This document shows positions 45,300 through 56,061 of a stretch of DNA of 64,000 nt, piece after piece. The translations under genes were made by a program, and so were the position numbers. A model generated the notes under the pieces. It worked only from the letters and a program-made list of their open reading frames with translations. It made no database searches and had not been told where the DNA came from. The stretch is from Planctomycetota bacterium (GTDB taxonomy: Bacteria; Planctomycetota; SZUA-567; H5-PLA8): contig JAKLKQ010000007.1 in assembly GCA_023150555.1 (NCBI GenBank), positions 65,253-129,252 on the forward strand. Reading direction: 5' to 3'. Numbering within the stretch: the stretch's first letter is position 1; each line of letters opens with the position of its first letter.

Positions 45300-46923
45300 A
45301 AACCTTCAGCACCTCATCGGCAGCGCGCACGCCCTGGTACTGGGCTTCCTCGAACAAAGCCACGCCGCTGAGGTCCGAATGCGCGAAATGAATGCCGCGG
45401 AAGGGCGCCGCCGCCTGCCGGCGCGCCTGCCCCCACAGGAAGCCGGGCTTGGGCCGAACCATCGCGTGGCCCCACCGCATCACGTCCAGCCGTTCGCAGA
45501 GGGACCGGATCTCCGGGTGCGGCCGCGCGAGATCGGCCAACGCCGTCTCCGCCCACGCGTCGCGATCCGTGGCGAGCAGCCGCGCGCGGGCCTGCTTCGG
45601 ATCCGAATCGCAGAGCGGATAATAATAGGTGAACACCGTCGGGCCCCGTTCCCGGCCCGCCTGATGGGTCGCGACCACGTAGCCCAGCGACGGGCTGTCG
45701 TAGATGACGTTGTCCCAGCAGAGCGGATAGCCGGGCTCGGCTGGGCGGTCTTTTAGCGTCAGATTGGCAACCATCCACGCCCCGTATTCGAAGGCTCCCA
45801 CATGCGAAGGTGGATCGGAGCGCCACGGCCGGATCACGTAACGCGCCAGGAACTGAGGCGCCGCGAAGATTACGCACTTCGCGCGATAGGCTGCGCCGCA
45901 CTCGTTGACGCGATCGAAGGCGCGGATCTCCACTTCCGCCTTTCCGTTGCGCTCCACGGGATTCACGTCAGCGACCGCGAGGCCAGTGCGGATTTTCTCG
46001 CGCGCCAACGAGGTCAAGTATTCGACGATGCGACCGTTGCCCTGCGGCCACGTGACCAGCGGCCGTGATTCGCTGCTGGAGCGCACCAAACGTGACGCAT
46101 AATAGAAGACTCCGGCCCAGGCGCTGGTCTGCTCCAGTTCGGCGCCGTAGTCGTCGCGGCAGGCGTAGCGGACGAAGCGGCAGAGCCGCTCCGAAGTGAA
46201 GCCGTTGCGCGATAGGAATTCGGCCATGCTCATGCGGTCGAGTTCGGCCAGGATCGCATCGTCCGATCCCAGGCTCAGGGGAATCTCGAATGCCCTGCGC
46301 CCCTGGCCGTCCCGCATTCCCGCGTACTTGCCGATGAGCGCTTCGAACGCGGCGAGTTGCCGCAGGTCTTCCTCCGACGCGCCGGCGCGCTGGTACAGGC
46401 CTTCCTCCCAGCGGCCCATGTGGAACAAGCGTTCGTCGGGATCCCGAACGACGAACTGCTCGCCGACCACCGGCTCGCCGCGTTCGTCGGTTCCGTCCAG
46501 GATGCCCATCTCGCCGAGCAGATCCGTGAGCGGCCTGTTGCGCGCCGACGGCGCGCAGATGTAGTGCGCGCCCCACGGATAGGCAGTCACCGCGTTCCGC
46601 CCGCCGCGCGCGGTGCCGCCCGCTTCGGATTCAAGTTCCAAGAGAAAGAAATCTCGGTACCCTGCGCGCAGCAGGCGCCACGCGGCGCTGAGTCCCGCCA
46701 CGCCGCCGCCGACAATGACGACGCCCGCCGATTGCCAGGCCTCGGAGGGCGGCTCCGGAGGCGCTTCGGTGCGCAGTCGGTGGCCGAAGTCGAGGGAGGC
46801 GCCGGCCAGGCTGCCGGGTGGTAGGTCGCGTTCCTGCTTCGAAGTACCGCAGCCGCCCAGGGCCGCCAGGGCCGGCGCGCCGAGGAAGAGGCGCAGAATC
46901 TCGCGGCGGGTCATGCGCGTCAT
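45286..46923 (-). CDS. Tat-exported FAD-dependent oxidoreductase (amine/polyamine oxidase-like)
   Basis: Tat motif TRREILRLFLGAPALAALGGCG. FAD GxGxxG is VVIVGGGVAGLSAAWRL. The C-terminal amine-oxidase-like region is ...GIHFAHSDLSG... Confidence 0.7.
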   Translation of the reverse strand: MTRMTRREILRLFLGAPALAALGGCGTSKQERDLPPGSLAGASLDFGHRLRTEAPPEPPSEAWQSAGVVIVGGGVAGLSAAWRLLRAGYRDFFLLELESEAGGTARGGRNAVTAYPWGAHYICAPSARNRPLTDLLGEMGILDGTDERGEPVVGEQFVVRDPDERLFHMGRWEEGLYQRAGASEEDLRQLAAFEALIGKYAGMRDGQGRRAFEIPLSLGSDDAILAELDRMSMAEFLSRNGFTSERLCRFVRYACRDDYGAELEQTSAWAGVFYYASRLVRSSSESRPLVTWPQGNGRIVEYLTSLAREKIRTGLAVADVNPVERNGKAEVEIRAFDRVNECGAAYRAKCVIFAAPQFLARYVIRPWRSDPPSHVGAFEYGAWMVANLTLKDRPAEPGYPLCWDNVIYDSPSLGYVVATHQAGRERGPTVFTYYYPLCDSDPKQARARLLATDRDAWAETALADLARPHPEIRSLCERLDVMRWGHAMVRPKPGFLWGQARRQAAAPFRGIHFAHSDLSGVALFEEAQYQGVRAADEVLKVFGVG

Positions 46924-46929
46924 GGCCGG

Positions 46930-48429
46930 TCAGTCCCAGCGCCGAAGTTCGTCGTCGTAGTAACGGACGAGCACCTGGTTATCGAGCCGGTTGATCTCGA
47001 CTTCCACCGGCCCCATGTCGGCATTAAGCACAAAGAGTGCGGCCAGGCTCGGCGTATCCAAGGAACGCACCTCGGCGGAGATCGTGTGCGGAAGCTCAAA
47101 TTCCGTCTGCGACGCCAGGGAGAAACCCCACACGCCGAAAGACGGCACGGCCGTCTGGTACGGTTTGACGTGGAAGCCCGCCTTTCCCATCGTGCGGTTG
47201 ATGCACCAAAAGGACTTTCGCGCAAACAGCGGCGAGGTGCTCTGCACGGCAACTCGGCCTCCGGGCGCCAGGCGCGCCTTCAGAAGCCGGTAGAAGCGCG
47301 TCGTGTAGAGTTTGCCCAACGAGAAATTACTGGGATCGGGGAAGTCGACCAGCACCACGTCGAAGGACTCGTTGCACTCCTCCAGCCACAGCATGGCGTC
47401 GCGGTTGACGACGCGCACGCGCGGGTCGTCGAACGAATGCGCATTCAACACCGCCAGCGGCGGAAAACTGCTCGAGAGCTCCGTCATGCCGGGATCCAGG
47501 TCGACCAGCGTCACTTGTTCCACCTGCGTGTACTTTAGGATCTCACGCAGGGCCAGCCCGTCGCCGCCGCCCAGCACCGCAACCCGCCTCGGCGTTGCGC
47601 ACGAAGCCATGGCCGGATGAACCAGCGCTTCGTGGTACCGGTACTCGTCGATCGAATTGAACTGGAGATGTCCGTTCAGATACAACTGGAAGCCGCCGCC
47701 GCCGCGCGTGACCACTATGCGCTGGTAGTGCGTGTTCTTCGCGTACACGATCTCGTCGTTGTAGAGGTTGTCCTCAGCGAGGCTCGTCAGGTAACCGGCG
47801 CCGGCAAAGCCCGCGGCCAGCAGGACCAGCACCAGGGCACAGCGCACGCGCAGGCCCGCGACCCGCGCCAGCTGCGGCCGCAGGATGAAGGTCGCCCACA
47901 GTCCGACGAGTCCGTTGAGCAGCCCGAATGCGAGGCTGGTGCGCACCAGTCCCAGGTACGGGACCAGCAGAATGGGAAATAGGATGGAGGCCGCCAGCGC
48001 GCCGAGGTAATCGAAGGTCAGCACGCGCGCGACAAGGTCTTTGAACTCGAACGAATCCTTCAGCAGGCGCATCAGGATGGGGATCTCGAGGCCCACCAGC
48101 ACGCCAATGGCGAAGACCATCCCGTAGAGCGCCGGATAGAAGTGCCGCATGTGTGCGAAGATCAGGAAAAGGATGGGCGCCGAAAATCCGCCCAGGAGCG
48201 CCACCGCAAGCTCGATTTCAATGAAGCGCCTGGCCAAGCCCTGTTCCAGGTACTTCGAGAGCCACGAGCCTACGCCGAGCGCCGACAGGTATAGCCCGAT
48301 GATCAGCGAGAACTGCGTGACGCTGTCGCCCATCACGTAGGACGCAAGCGTCCCCGCGAGCAGTTCGTACACCAGCCCGCACGCGGCGACGACCGCAACG
48401 TTTAGGAATAGAACGGGCGCCCGGTTCAT
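46930..48429 (-). CDS. speE: membrane-anchored spermidine synthase-like polyamine aminopropyltransferase
   Basis: The start MNRAPV is at 48429. About seven N-terminal TM helices are followed by a SpeE catalytic domain (...[10 protein letters not shown]...[18 protein letters not shown]...[11 protein letters not shown]...VVLVDFPDP...). Confidence 0.8.
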   Translation of the reverse strand: MNRAPVLFLNVAVVAACGLVYELLAGTLASYVMGDSVTQFSLIIGLYLSALGVGSWLSKYLEQGLARRFIEIELAVALLGGFSAPILFLIFAHMRHFYPALYGMVFAIGVLVGLEIPILMRLLKDSFEFKDLVARVLTFDYLGALAASILFPILLVPYLGLVRTSLAFGLLNGLVGLWATFILRPQLARVAGLRVRCALVLVLLAAGFAGAGYLTSLAEDNLYNDEIVYAKNTHYQRIVVTRGGGGFQLYLNGHLQFNSIDEYRYHEALVHPAMASCATPRRVAVLGGGDGLALREILKYTQVEQVTLVDLDPGMTELSSSFPPLAVLNAHSFDDPRVRVVNRDAMLWLEECNESFDVVLVDFPDPSNFSLGKLYTTRFYRLLKARLAPGGRVAVQSTSPLFARKSFWCINRTMGKAGFHVKPYQTAVPSFGVWGFSLASQTEFELPHTISAEVRSLDTPSLAALFVLNADMGPVEVEINRLDNQVLVRYYDDELRRWD

Positions 48430-48431
48430 GG

Positions 48432-48659
48432 TCAGCCGTGGATCGCGGCAGCCACGATCAGCGCAATGCCCAGGATCACCGACGCCATGACTATGGCCAG
48501 CGCCGTGTTCTGGTCCGTCTCGATCTCCTCGCGGATTGAGAAGGGCGTGACCTTGCTCATGAGCCAGAAGGCCGCGCCGAACAGCACCACGCCCAGGCCC
48601 GTGAAGAGCAGGGACAGGATGACCTGCTGCAGGACCACGTCCCAATTGGTTGGCATCAT
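48432..48659 (-). CDS. DUF350-family small membrane protein
   Basis: The start MMPTNWD is preceded by the RBS gaggagg. There are two TM helices ([21 protein letters not shown] / [21 protein letters not shown]). It is 3 nt from the speE-like start. Confidence 0.6.
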   Translation of the reverse strand: MMPTNWDVVLQQVILSLLFTGLGVVLFGAAFWLMSKVTPFSIREEIETDQNTALAIVMASVILGIALIVAAAIHG

Positions 48660-48834
48660 TTGCCTCCTCTGTATCCCGAGTACCTGGAAACCGCCGAGCG
48701 GTAGCTGCCGGCCTGCCGCGCGTCGGGGCCGATCACCTCCGCGCCCTCGCTGTCGAACTCCATGCCGGTCCACGCGATCACCGCGTAAGTGGCCAGCAGC
48801 GCGCCGCCGACCAGCATGTAGAATTTTCGAAGCA
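48655..48834 (-). CDS. small membrane protein (59 aa), translationally coupled to DUF350 gene
   Basis: Manual translation gives [59 protein letters not shown]. Its stop overlaps the DUF350 start (aaATGATG). It is absent from the track because it is under 60 aa. Confidence 0.3.
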
Positions 48835-48844
48835 TGGCGCCTCC

Positions 48845-50764
48845 TTACTCGTCGTCATCGTCCGATTCGTACGGGTTGTACATGCTCTTGCTCCAACGGC
48901 TGCGCTCGAAGGATCGCTCCCACAGCAGCACCAGTCCTGGGATCACCGACAGGGCCAACAGCAGCGCGACGAAGTAGCCCCAGCGCGCAACACCTTCGCG
49001 AATGGTCACCGTTGCATTCATGGGCTCGTTCCATGCCTGCCAGCTGCCTTCCATTCGCACCAGGTAGGTCCCGGCAGGCGGCGCCGAGAGAAACGTGTCG
49101 TTTTCCTCCGAGCCTTCGCTCCACGACTCGCCATCGTCAACGCCGTGGTAGTACTCGACGGGCAGCTCGAAATGCTGGACCTGCTGCGACTGTTCCTCGA
49201 CCAGATCACCGTCGACGAAGAACCAGGTGTTGTTGACGTTGGCGCGCATCGAAACCTGGATGTTCTTCCCGCCGGAAATCTGGACCGGACCGCCGAATAC
49301 GACCTGCGGCGCAGTGGTGCTGGTCATCGCGGGAAATTTCACGTTCTCCTGCATCAGGGTCCGTTCGGGGCTGTTCATGCGCAGGATCACGAAGAGCACT
49401 ACTGCCGCCGCCACGAACAAGCCCCACAGCGGGTATATATTGCGGTGTACGAACGGCTGGCAGGACCCGCCGCCCTTGGGCCGCGGCATCTCGGTCACGG
49501 CAAATTTGCGCGCGATCTCCTGCCACGGCACATAGACGGCGTGCGACCAGCTGATCTCGCTCGACTTTTTGCCACCCGTAGCCTCGCTCGAGAGCATCTC
49601 GGGCGGACGGACGTAATCCGCCGCGCGGACTTTCTCCCCCTTCTCCACCTTCCAGTAGAACTCGCCGGTTATGTATTCGACTTCTGCGGTGGTGCGCTGG
49701 AACGCCTTGAAGGTCTTGCTGTTCCACTGGGCAAAGTTCCATTCGCTTCGGACATGCGACGGCGGCACCGGCGAAACGTACGTCCAGTGGTGGTCACTCT
49801 CGACGAGCCACCGGAATCCGAGCTTGACGCTGTAGAGCAGGTACTCGCGCCAGTAGTAGGTGATGTGGTCGATCTCGGTGCTGCGCACCATGAAGCCGAT
49901 CACGGTCTGCGAGACGCCATCGAACTCCGCGGAGGATCCCAGCCGCAGCAGCGGCGTCCAGCGCGACTTGCCCAGCGACTTCAGGAACCGGAGATTGCCT
50001 TCGTCGGCGTCCAACAGCGAGCCGCAGTACGGACAGCCCAGGCGCTCGGTCCGGTCGGGCGCGCGCAACTCCAGGGCGCCTCCGCACTGCGGACAGCTGA
50101 CCTTGGCCGAAGCCACCCGGCGCTCGTTCGTACGCGCCGCGGCGTCGCCCAGTCCGAGTTCCTCCAGTGTCACTTCCCAGCCGGCGAAGAAGAGGCCGGC
50201 CGGTTCGGAGTAATCGAGCGTCGCGAAGATCCGGTTCGGCCCGTAGAGGTCTGCATAACGGTAGGTCGCGCCGGGCACCAGGCGAAACGGGATCTCCCCT
50301 TCTGCGGCTGCGTACGCCGCTTCGCCGGTCTCGGCCACGACCAATTCGCTGCCGTCGCCGAGCCGGAAGGCCGGATGCTCGGGCTTCAGCTCTTCGAAGT
50401 GCGGCAGCCGCGGAACGTCTTTGCGCGCAAAGGTGAGGTAAAAGCGGCCCTGGGCTTCGGCGATCCAGCCCCATCGACCATCGGAAAACGCGGTGTACCA
50501 CTCGTTCCATACGCCGCCCTGCGCATGGCGCAGCTGCGCGCGTCCGGTCAGCTGGAACGATTGGCCCACGTACTTTCCGGCCAGCCCGACCGCCAGCGGC
50601 GAGGCCGTGTCGTGCAGGTCGGCGACTTTCCCCAGGGATTCCAGGGTGCGGTCGGTGCGCGCCACGACCGAACGGCACGAGGGGCAGACCGCCACCAGGG
50701 AGGTCGCCTGCGTGAATGGCAGGTCTCCACCGCACCCCGGACACTGCGCGCGAAGGGTGGTCAT
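48845..50764 (-). CDS. DUF4178-domain protein with two zinc-ribbon + DUF4178 modules and C-terminal TM region
   Basis: CPGCGG...CPSC and CPQCGG...CPYCGS zinc ribbons each precede a DUF4178-like beta region. The C-terminal half has a TM (LWGLFVAAAVVLFVIL), a second TM and an acidic tail DDDDE. Confidence 0.6.
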   Translation of the reverse strand: MTTLRAQCPGCGGDLPFTQATSLVAVCPSCRSVVARTDRTLESLGKVADLHDTASPLAVGLAGKYVGQSFQLTGRAQLRHAQGGVWNEWYTAFSDGRWGWIAEAQGRFYLTFARKDVPRLPHFEELKPEHPAFRLGDGSELVVAETGEAAYAAAEGEIPFRLVPGATYRYADLYGPNRIFATLDYSEPAGLFFAGWEVTLEELGLGDAAARTNERRVASAKVSCPQCGGALELRAPDRTERLGCPYCGSLLDADEGNLRFLKSLGKSRWTPLLRLGSSAEFDGVSQTVIGFMVRSTEIDHITYYWREYLLYSVKLGFRWLVESDHHWTYVSPVPPSHVRSEWNFAQWNSKTFKAFQRTTAEVEYITGEFYWKVEKGEKVRAADYVRPPEMLSSEATGGKKSSEISWSHAVYVPWQEIARKFAVTEMPRPKGGGSCQPFVHRNIYPLWGLFVAAAVVLFVILRMNSPERTLMQENVKFPAMTSTTAPQVVFGGPVQISGGKNIQVSMRANVNNTWFFVDGDLVEEQSQQVQHFELPVEYYHGVDDGESWSEGSEENDTFLSAPPAGTYLVRMEGSWQAWNEPMNATVTIREGVARWGYFVALLLALSVIPGLVLLWERSFERSRWSKSMYNPYESDDDDE

Positions 50765-51159
50765 CGCTCGCGGCGCGCGGCGCCCTGTTCCGGAAGAGCC
50801 ACGTCAGCTTCGGCGCAGCCGCGCGTGATCCTACGGACGTTCACGTGTCCCGCGCCCAGGTTGCGAACCAGTTCGTCGGCCCACGGCCATTCGGGGCGCT
50901 CGCGGCAGCAGTAGAGGTTGAACGTCGCCAGGCGGTACTCGGGAAAGGTGTGCACGGCCAGATGCGACTCGGTGAGCAGCAACAGGCCGGTGACGCCGCC
51001 GGGCCCGGGAAACGAGCGCCACTGCGCGGGCGCCGCCGGATGGAGATCCAGGTCTTTCACGATGCGATCGAGAAGACTGCGCAGCCTGTCGCGGTCGCGC
51101 AAGGCCCCTTCGTCACACTCCGCCGCGTCGATGATCCATTCCATTCCGACCAGCGCCAT
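50761..51159 (-). CDS. speH: S-adenosylmethionine decarboxylase proenzyme (SpeH/SpeD class 1, pyruvoyl-dependent)
   Basis: LLLTESHLAVHTFPE matches the ...ESH..hT.PE self-cleavage/active-site motif. The stop overlaps the DUF4178 start (ATGA). Confidence 0.8.
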   Translation of the reverse strand: MALVGMEWIIDAAECDEGALRDRDRLRSLLDRIVKDLDLHPAAPAQWRSFPGPGGVTGLLLLTESHLAVHTFPEYRLATFNLYCCRERPEWPWADELVRNLGAGHVNVRRITRGCAEADVALPEQGAARRER

Positions 51160-51318
51160 CGCATGCCCTCCTTCCGGCCACGACAGGAATCCGGGCTGAC
51201 GCCGCTTTTTTCAGCGGATGACGCGATCGCTTTTACTCTTTTTTTCAAGTTGCCGGAATACCGAAGCCGCTCGGCAGCGAACCACCGGCCGTTGGGCGTC
51301 AGAGCGCGAGAAGCTGCT

Positions 51319-54279
51319 TCAACTGGCGGCTGGGCTGCGCGCGGGCTGCCAGCGCTTACGCAGCCGTGCGAAATCACTGGCGGCCGATTGCAGCGTATCG
51401 CCGGCCCGGTCGAGCATCCCGCCGACGGCGGCGGTCTCGAGTTGCGCGAAGAGCTGCCGCAGCGTCTCGCAGCCCACGCAGGAGCTGCTTCCCTTCAGCG
51501 TGTGGGCCAGGCGGCAGGCCGCGCGTTCGTCGCGAGCCGCGAGCGCGGCTTCGAGCTCCATCAAACGCACGGCGCCGTCCCGGAGGTAGCTTTCCAGCAC
51601 CTCCACCGCACCATCCTCGCCGATCTCCCTGACCAGCACGGCCATCCGCTCTTCCACCTGCGTCACCGGATCGGGCGGCGGCTGCATCGAGACGCGCACG
51701 GCCGGAGGCTCGGCCGGGCCCTGAACGGCGCGGAATTGAGCGCTGCTGCGTGCGGAAGGGATGCGGCCTTCCAGCTGCGTGCGCAGGCGCGCAGCCAGCT
51801 CGTGGGCGCGAACCGGCTTGCTGAGATAGTCGTCCATGCCGGCGGCCAGGCAGCGTTCGCGTTCGCCTTCCAGGGCGTGAGCGGTGAGCGCGATGATCGG
51901 CAGCCGCGCGCCGTTCGTCTGGGCGGCGCGGATCGCGCGGGTGGCCTCGTAGCCGTCCATCTCCGGCATCTGGCAATCCATCAAAACCGCATCGTAGGGC
52001 AGCACCTTGACGGCCTCGACAGCCTCGCGCCCATCGGCGACGACGTCCACGCGATAGCCCTGCTTCTCGAGCATGCGCGCGACGACCTTCTGGTTGGTAA
52101 TGTTGTCCTCGGCGACCAGAATGCGGTATCGGTTCTGCGCGCGGCGTTCGGAGATCACGCGGCTGGTGACCATCGTGTCGCGGTCGAGGTCGCGGCGGCG
52201 GTTGAGGATCTCGCGAATGGTGTCGCGCAGCATGGCGGAGCGAATGGGCTTGGTGAGGTAGCCCGCGAACCCGGCGGCCCGGGCCGTCGCGGCGGACTCG
52301 CGGCGAGAGATGGAGCTGAGCATCAGCAGCGGCAGGCCCTTCCACTCGGGCGCGGCCTTGATGAGGCGGGCCAGCTCGATGCCGTCCATCTCGGGCATCT
52401 GGTAGTCGACGACGGCGAAGAGGAACCCGCGGCCGGCGGCGCGCGCGGCATCGAGGCGTTCGAGCGCCACGCGGGCGCTGGGCGCGCACTCGGCTTCCAG
52501 GCCCAACCGTTCGACCTGCTGGCGCAGCAGCGCGCGATTGTCCGCATTGTCGTCGACGATCAGGACGCAACCGCCCTGCCAGGCCGGTTCTTCGGAGCTG
52601 TTCTCCAGCGGCGGGCGCACCGCCAGGGGAATGACAAAGGCGAAGGTGGAGCCCTTGCCAAGCTCGCTGCACAGGTCGATCGAGCCGCCCATCAGTTCGA
52701 CCAGGCGGCGGCTGATGGTCAGCCCCAGCCCGGAACCGCCGTAGCGCCGCGTGGTCGAGGCGTCGGCCTGCATGAAGGGCTCGAAGAGGCGCGTCTGCGC
52801 CGCGGGGTCGATGCCGATCCCGGTGTCTTGGACCTCGAAGCGGATGCGCGCGACGCCTTCGCACGCGCCGTCCTGGGTCACGCGCACCAGGACTTCGCCT
52901 CGATCGGTGAACTTCACGGCGTTGCTGAGCAGGTTCAGCAGGATCTGCCGCAGGCGGCCCGGGTCGCCGGCGACGCGGACCGGGACATTGCCCTGGAAGA
53001 GCGAGAGCAGTTCAAGACCCTTGCGGTCGGCGTGCTCGGCAATCAGTTCGATGGCCTCTTCCACCACTGTGCGAAGATCGAAGTCGACGGTCTCCATGCT
53101 CATGCGGCCGGCCTCGATCTTGGAGAAGTCGAGGACGTCGTTGATGATGGTGAGGAGAGCCTGTCCCGAGGTGCGGACGGTGCCGACATACTCCCGCTGT
53201 TCGGGGGAGAGTTCCGTGTCGGCCAGGAGGTCGGTCATGCCGATTACGGCGTTCATAGGCGTACGGATCTCGTGGCTCATGTTTGCGAGAAACTCGGACT
53301 TCGCGCGCAGCGCCTCGCGGACCTGGGCCTCGGCCTTCTGCTTCTCTTCGACCTCGACCTTCAGGCGCTCGTTGAGCACCTGCAGGTCGTTGGTGCGGGT
53401 CTGGATGCGGTCCTCCAGGTCGTGATTGATCTTCGCCAGCGCGTCGCACATGCGATTGAAGGCAGCGCCCATCTTGCCGATCTCGTCTCGGCCGAGGTCG
53501 CTGACGCGCGCGCAGGTGGACGGATCGGCGGCGATGCCTTCCATCACCGTCTTCAGGCGCGCAAGCCGGCGCAGGACGTACGCGTACAGGAGCCCGGCCA
53601 GGAAGACGAGGAAGAACAGGGCCAGGCCGGCGCGCTCCAGGTTGAACGTCGCGGCCTGGGCGGCGGCGGCGGCGCGCAGGTCGGCGGTGGGCACGGAGAC
53701 GACGATGGCGCTGTTGACATCGCCGACTTTCCATCCGAATCCATGCTCGGTGCCGTACTTGGCCACCAGCTTGGCGGGGGCTCTCTCTGGGGTGTCGTGG
53801 CAAGCCATGCAATCCTGGGCGACGATGGTCGGCTGCGCGACGTAGAAGTGCTCGATACCGTCCTTGATACGAAATCCGGTGAGTTCCTCCAGACTGCGGT
53901 CTTTGTCGAAGCGGCGAATCAGATTCGCCTCGAAGTCGTCGGCCTGGTCCTTCAGGTTCAGGGGGTTCAGCGCGGCCTGTTTGTAATGGTATTCCGGATG
54001 TTCCTTGTTGAATTCTTCAAAAATCCGGGCTGTGGCGAAGGTAGAGGACATCGCCTCCAGCACGAGTTCGTCACCAACGTAGCCTTCCACCGCGGGGCGC
54101 AGCCGTTCCTTGACGTACTTCCGGCTGGCCTTGCCAAAGGACGACATCAGCGTCGCGCGCGCGCGCACTTCGGACTCGAAGTGCCGCTGCGTCTGGCGCT
54201 GGCTGTTCCATGCGCCTGCGGCCAGCAGGCCCGCCAGGATCAGCCCGAAGCCGATCACCACCTTCCACTTGAGCGACAT
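51319..54279 (-). CDS. hybrid sensor histidine kinase: CXXCH (heme-c-type) periplasmic sensor, HAMP, HisKA, HATPase, two REC domains, HPt
   Basis: CMACH lies in the extracytoplasmic domain between two TM segments. The H-box is [12 protein letters not shown]. The N/G boxes are NAVKFT / GSGLGL. The two REC domains are ...VLIVDDN...DYQMPEMDG... and ...ILVAEDN...DCQMPEMDG.... The C-terminal HPt is HTLKGSS. Confidence 0.9.
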   Translation of the reverse strand: MSLKWKVVIGFGLILAGLLAAGAWNSQRQTQRHFESEVRARATLMSSFGKASRKYVKERLRPAVEGYVGDELVLEAMSSTFATARIFEEFNKEHPEYHYKQAALNPLNLKDQADDFEANLIRRFDKDRSLEELTGFRIKDGIEHFYVAQPTIVAQDCMACHDTPERAPAKLVAKYGTEHGFGWKVGDVNSAIVVSVPTADLRAAAAAQAATFNLERAGLALFFLVFLAGLLYAYVLRRLARLKTVMEGIAADPSTCARVSDLGRDEIGKMGAAFNRMCDALAKINHDLEDRIQTRTNDLQVLNERLKVEVEEKQKAEAQVREALRAKSEFLANMSHEIRTPMNAVIGMTDLLADTELSPEQREYVGTVRTSGQALLTIINDVLDFSKIEAGRMSMETVDFDLRTVVEEAIELIAEHADRKGLELLSLFQGNVPVRVAGDPGRLRQILLNLLSNAVKFTDRGEVLVRVTQDGACEGVARIRFEVQDTGIGIDPAAQTRLFEPFMQADASTTRRYGGSGLGLTISRRLVELMGGSIDLCSELGKGSTFAFVIPLAVRPPLENSSEEPAWQGGCVLIVDDNADNRALLRQQVERLGLEAECAPSARVALERLDAARAAGRGFLFAVVDYQMPEMDGIELARLIKAAPEWKGLPLLMLSSISRRESAATARAAGFAGYLTKPIRSAMLRDTIREILNRRRDLDRDTMVTSRVISERRAQNRYRILVAEDNITNQKVVARMLEKQGYRVDVVADGREAVEAVKVLPYDAVLMDCQMPEMDGYEATRAIRAAQTNGARLPIIALTAHALEGERERCLAAGMDDYLSKPVRAHELAARLRTQLEGRIPSARSSAQFRAVQGPAEPPAVRVSMQPPPDPVTQVEERMAVLVREIGEDGAVEVLESYLRDGAVRLMELEAALAARDERAACRLAHTLKGSSSCVGCETLRQLFAQLETAAVGGMLDRAGDTLQSAASDFARLRKRWQPARSPAAS

Positions 54280-54292
54280 GCCCCTACCCTCC

Positions 54293-55984
54293 TCACTCCG
54301 GACGCACGCGGGACAGCATGCGTGCCATCACGTGGCGCAAGGCTTCCTTGGTGAAGGGTTTGGCCAGGTACGCGTCGGCGCCGGCCATCAGGCAGCGTGT
54401 CTGCCCGACGCTCTGCGGGATCGCCGAGACGGCCACCACCGGCGTCAGCGCCAGGCCCGGCTGCGCACGAATCCACTCGATCATCTCGTATCCGTCGGTC
54501 GCGCCCAGGCAGACGTCGGTGAAGACGATCTCCGGGACGGCTTCCGCGATGCGCGCCTGCGCCTCCTCCGCCGAGGCCGCCTGTATGACTTCGAGCGGCC
54601 ACGGCAGCGCCTCGAGGAAACGCTTCATCAGCAGGCGCATCGTGGCGTCGTCGTCGATCGCCAGCACCCGCACGGTCGCGGGCGCCGGCGCCTTGCCCGG
54701 TTCGGGCGAAGACCGCTCGGCCCGGTGGGCGGTCTCGGCCGCCGGCGGCGCATCCACCAGCCGGTCCAGGCAAAGTTCCAGCGCCAGGAGCATCGCGGCG
54801 CCGTCGGCCCAGCGTTCGTCGGGTGCCTTGCGCAGGCAGCGTTCGATGACTTCGGCGGTGGCTGGGGAGAGGCCGGAGACTTCGGTATCAAGGGGTTCGT
54901 GGTGCGCCTCGAGCGTATTGCGCAGCGCCTCGTTGACCGTCAGGCCGCGCACCGGCGGGCGGCCGGACAGCAGCGCGTACAGGGTCGCGCCGAGCCCGAA
55001 GACATCGGCGGCCTTGCCGGCGTTGCGCGCGTCGCGCGCCTGTTCGGGCGCCATGTACCCCAGCGTGCCCATGGTCGCCGAGGTGCCGGTCAGCCCCTTC
55101 TCCTGGCCGTCCAGCTTGGCGATGCCCAGGTCGGCCAGTTTCGCTTCCGCCCAGCGCAGTTCCGTGCCGGCGGGGGAACGCGGGATGAGCAGGTTGGCGG
55201 GCTTCAGATCGCGGTGGACGACGCCGGCCTCGTGTGCGTCGGCCAGCCCCTGCGCAGCGGCAATGCCCAACTCGAGCACCACGTCCTCGGGCAGGCCTTT
55301 GCGCTTCTGCTTGAAGGCGCCCAGCAGGGCGTCCTCGGCCGAGCAGCCGACGACGAATTCCATGACGATGTACTCGAGGCCGAACTCGCGATTGACGTCG
55401 ATCACGCCCACCAGGTGGCGGGACTGGATGCGCGCGGCCAACTGCGCCTCGCGCTGGAAGCGCACCACCAGTTCGGGATGGCGCAGGATCAGGTCGGCGT
55501 TGAGCACCTTCACGGCGACGTTGGTGCGCAGGCGGGAGTGCAGGCCGTAATAGACCGCGCCCATGCCTCCCTGGCCGATCCGCCGGATCAGCAGAATGCC
55601 GCCCAGGGCCGGCACCGGCTGGCCGCGATAGGGCACGCGTCGGACCCCGGCCAGAAAGTCGTCGTTCTCCAGATCCTCAAGGGGCAGCGCCAGCGGGAAG
55701 GTTTCCAGCTCTGTGGGAAAGGCCTCTGCGGGCGAGAGCACCGTGCGCGCACTTGAGCGGATGCCGTCCGGGCCTTCGGACGCGGAGGCATCCACGTCCT
55801 CCGGCTGTCCGTGCGAATGCACAGCCTCACCGGCCGGCGGCGGAGTCAGAGCCGCCATCGCGAGCCGTTTCGAATCTCTAACTTCTTGAGCCTCAAGCGG
55901 ATATCGTCGATCCATGACCGTATCCCTCGCTTCGGAAGCCGTCGGAAGCCGTTCGCTTCGGGCGGACGAGGGATAGAATGGCAA
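54293..55984 (-). CDS. Ser/Thr protein kinase fused to C-terminal response-regulator receiver domain
   Basis: The kinase subdomains are [29 protein letters not shown] and GTLGYMAPE. The C-terminus ...[15 protein letters not shown]...[11 protein letters not shown]...KPF is REC-like. The likely start is MDRRYPL at 55915. Confidence 0.85.
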   Translation of the reverse strand: MPFYPSSARSERLPTASEARDTVMDRRYPLEAQEVRDSKRLAMAALTPPPAGEAVHSHGQPEDVDASASEGPDGIRSSARTVLSPAEAFPTELETFPLALPLEDLENDDFLAGVRRVPYRGQPVPALGGILLIRRIGQGGMGAVYYGLHSRLRTNVAVKVLNADLILRHPELVVRFQREAQLAARIQSRHLVGVIDVNREFGLEYIVMEFVVGCSAEDALLGAFKQKRKGLPEDVVLELGIAAAQGLADAHEAGVVHRDLKPANLLIPRSPAGTELRWAEAKLADLGIAKLDGQEKGLTGTSATMGTLGYMAPEQARDARNAGKAADVFGLGATLYALLSGRPPVRGLTVNEALRNTLEAHHEPLDTEVSGLSPATAEVIERCLRKAPDERWADGAAMLLALELCLDRLVDAPPAAETAHRAERSSPEPGKAPAPATVRVLAIDDDATMRLLMKRFLEALPWPLEVIQAASAEEAQARIAEAVPEIVFTDVCLGATDGYEMIEWIRAQPGLALTPVVAVSAIPQSVGQTRCLMAGADAYLAKPFTKEALRHVMARMLSRVRPE

Positions 55985-56003
55985 ACGCTGCGCCTACGAA
56001 AAC

Positions 56004-56028
56004 AAAAACCCGCGCACGTGTGCGCGGG
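56004..56028 (-). terminator. rho-independent terminator after HEAT-repeat gene (minus strand)
   Basis: A perfect 20-nt palindrome cccgcgcacgtgtgcgcggg is followed on the minus strand by T5 (plus strand aaaaa at 56004-56008). Confidence 0.7.
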
Positions 56029-56061
56029 CGAGTGAAGGTCAGCTGTTGATGGGCCGCGTCA

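Noticed and set aside
48650-50914. 754-aa + ORF and other + frames across the DUF4178/speH region
   Set aside because: They are antisense to genes with clear zinc-ribbon and AdoMetDC motifs.
50716-54354. 1212-aa + ORF
   Set aside because: It is antisense to the hybrid histidine kinase, which shows every HK, REC and HPt motif on the minus strand.
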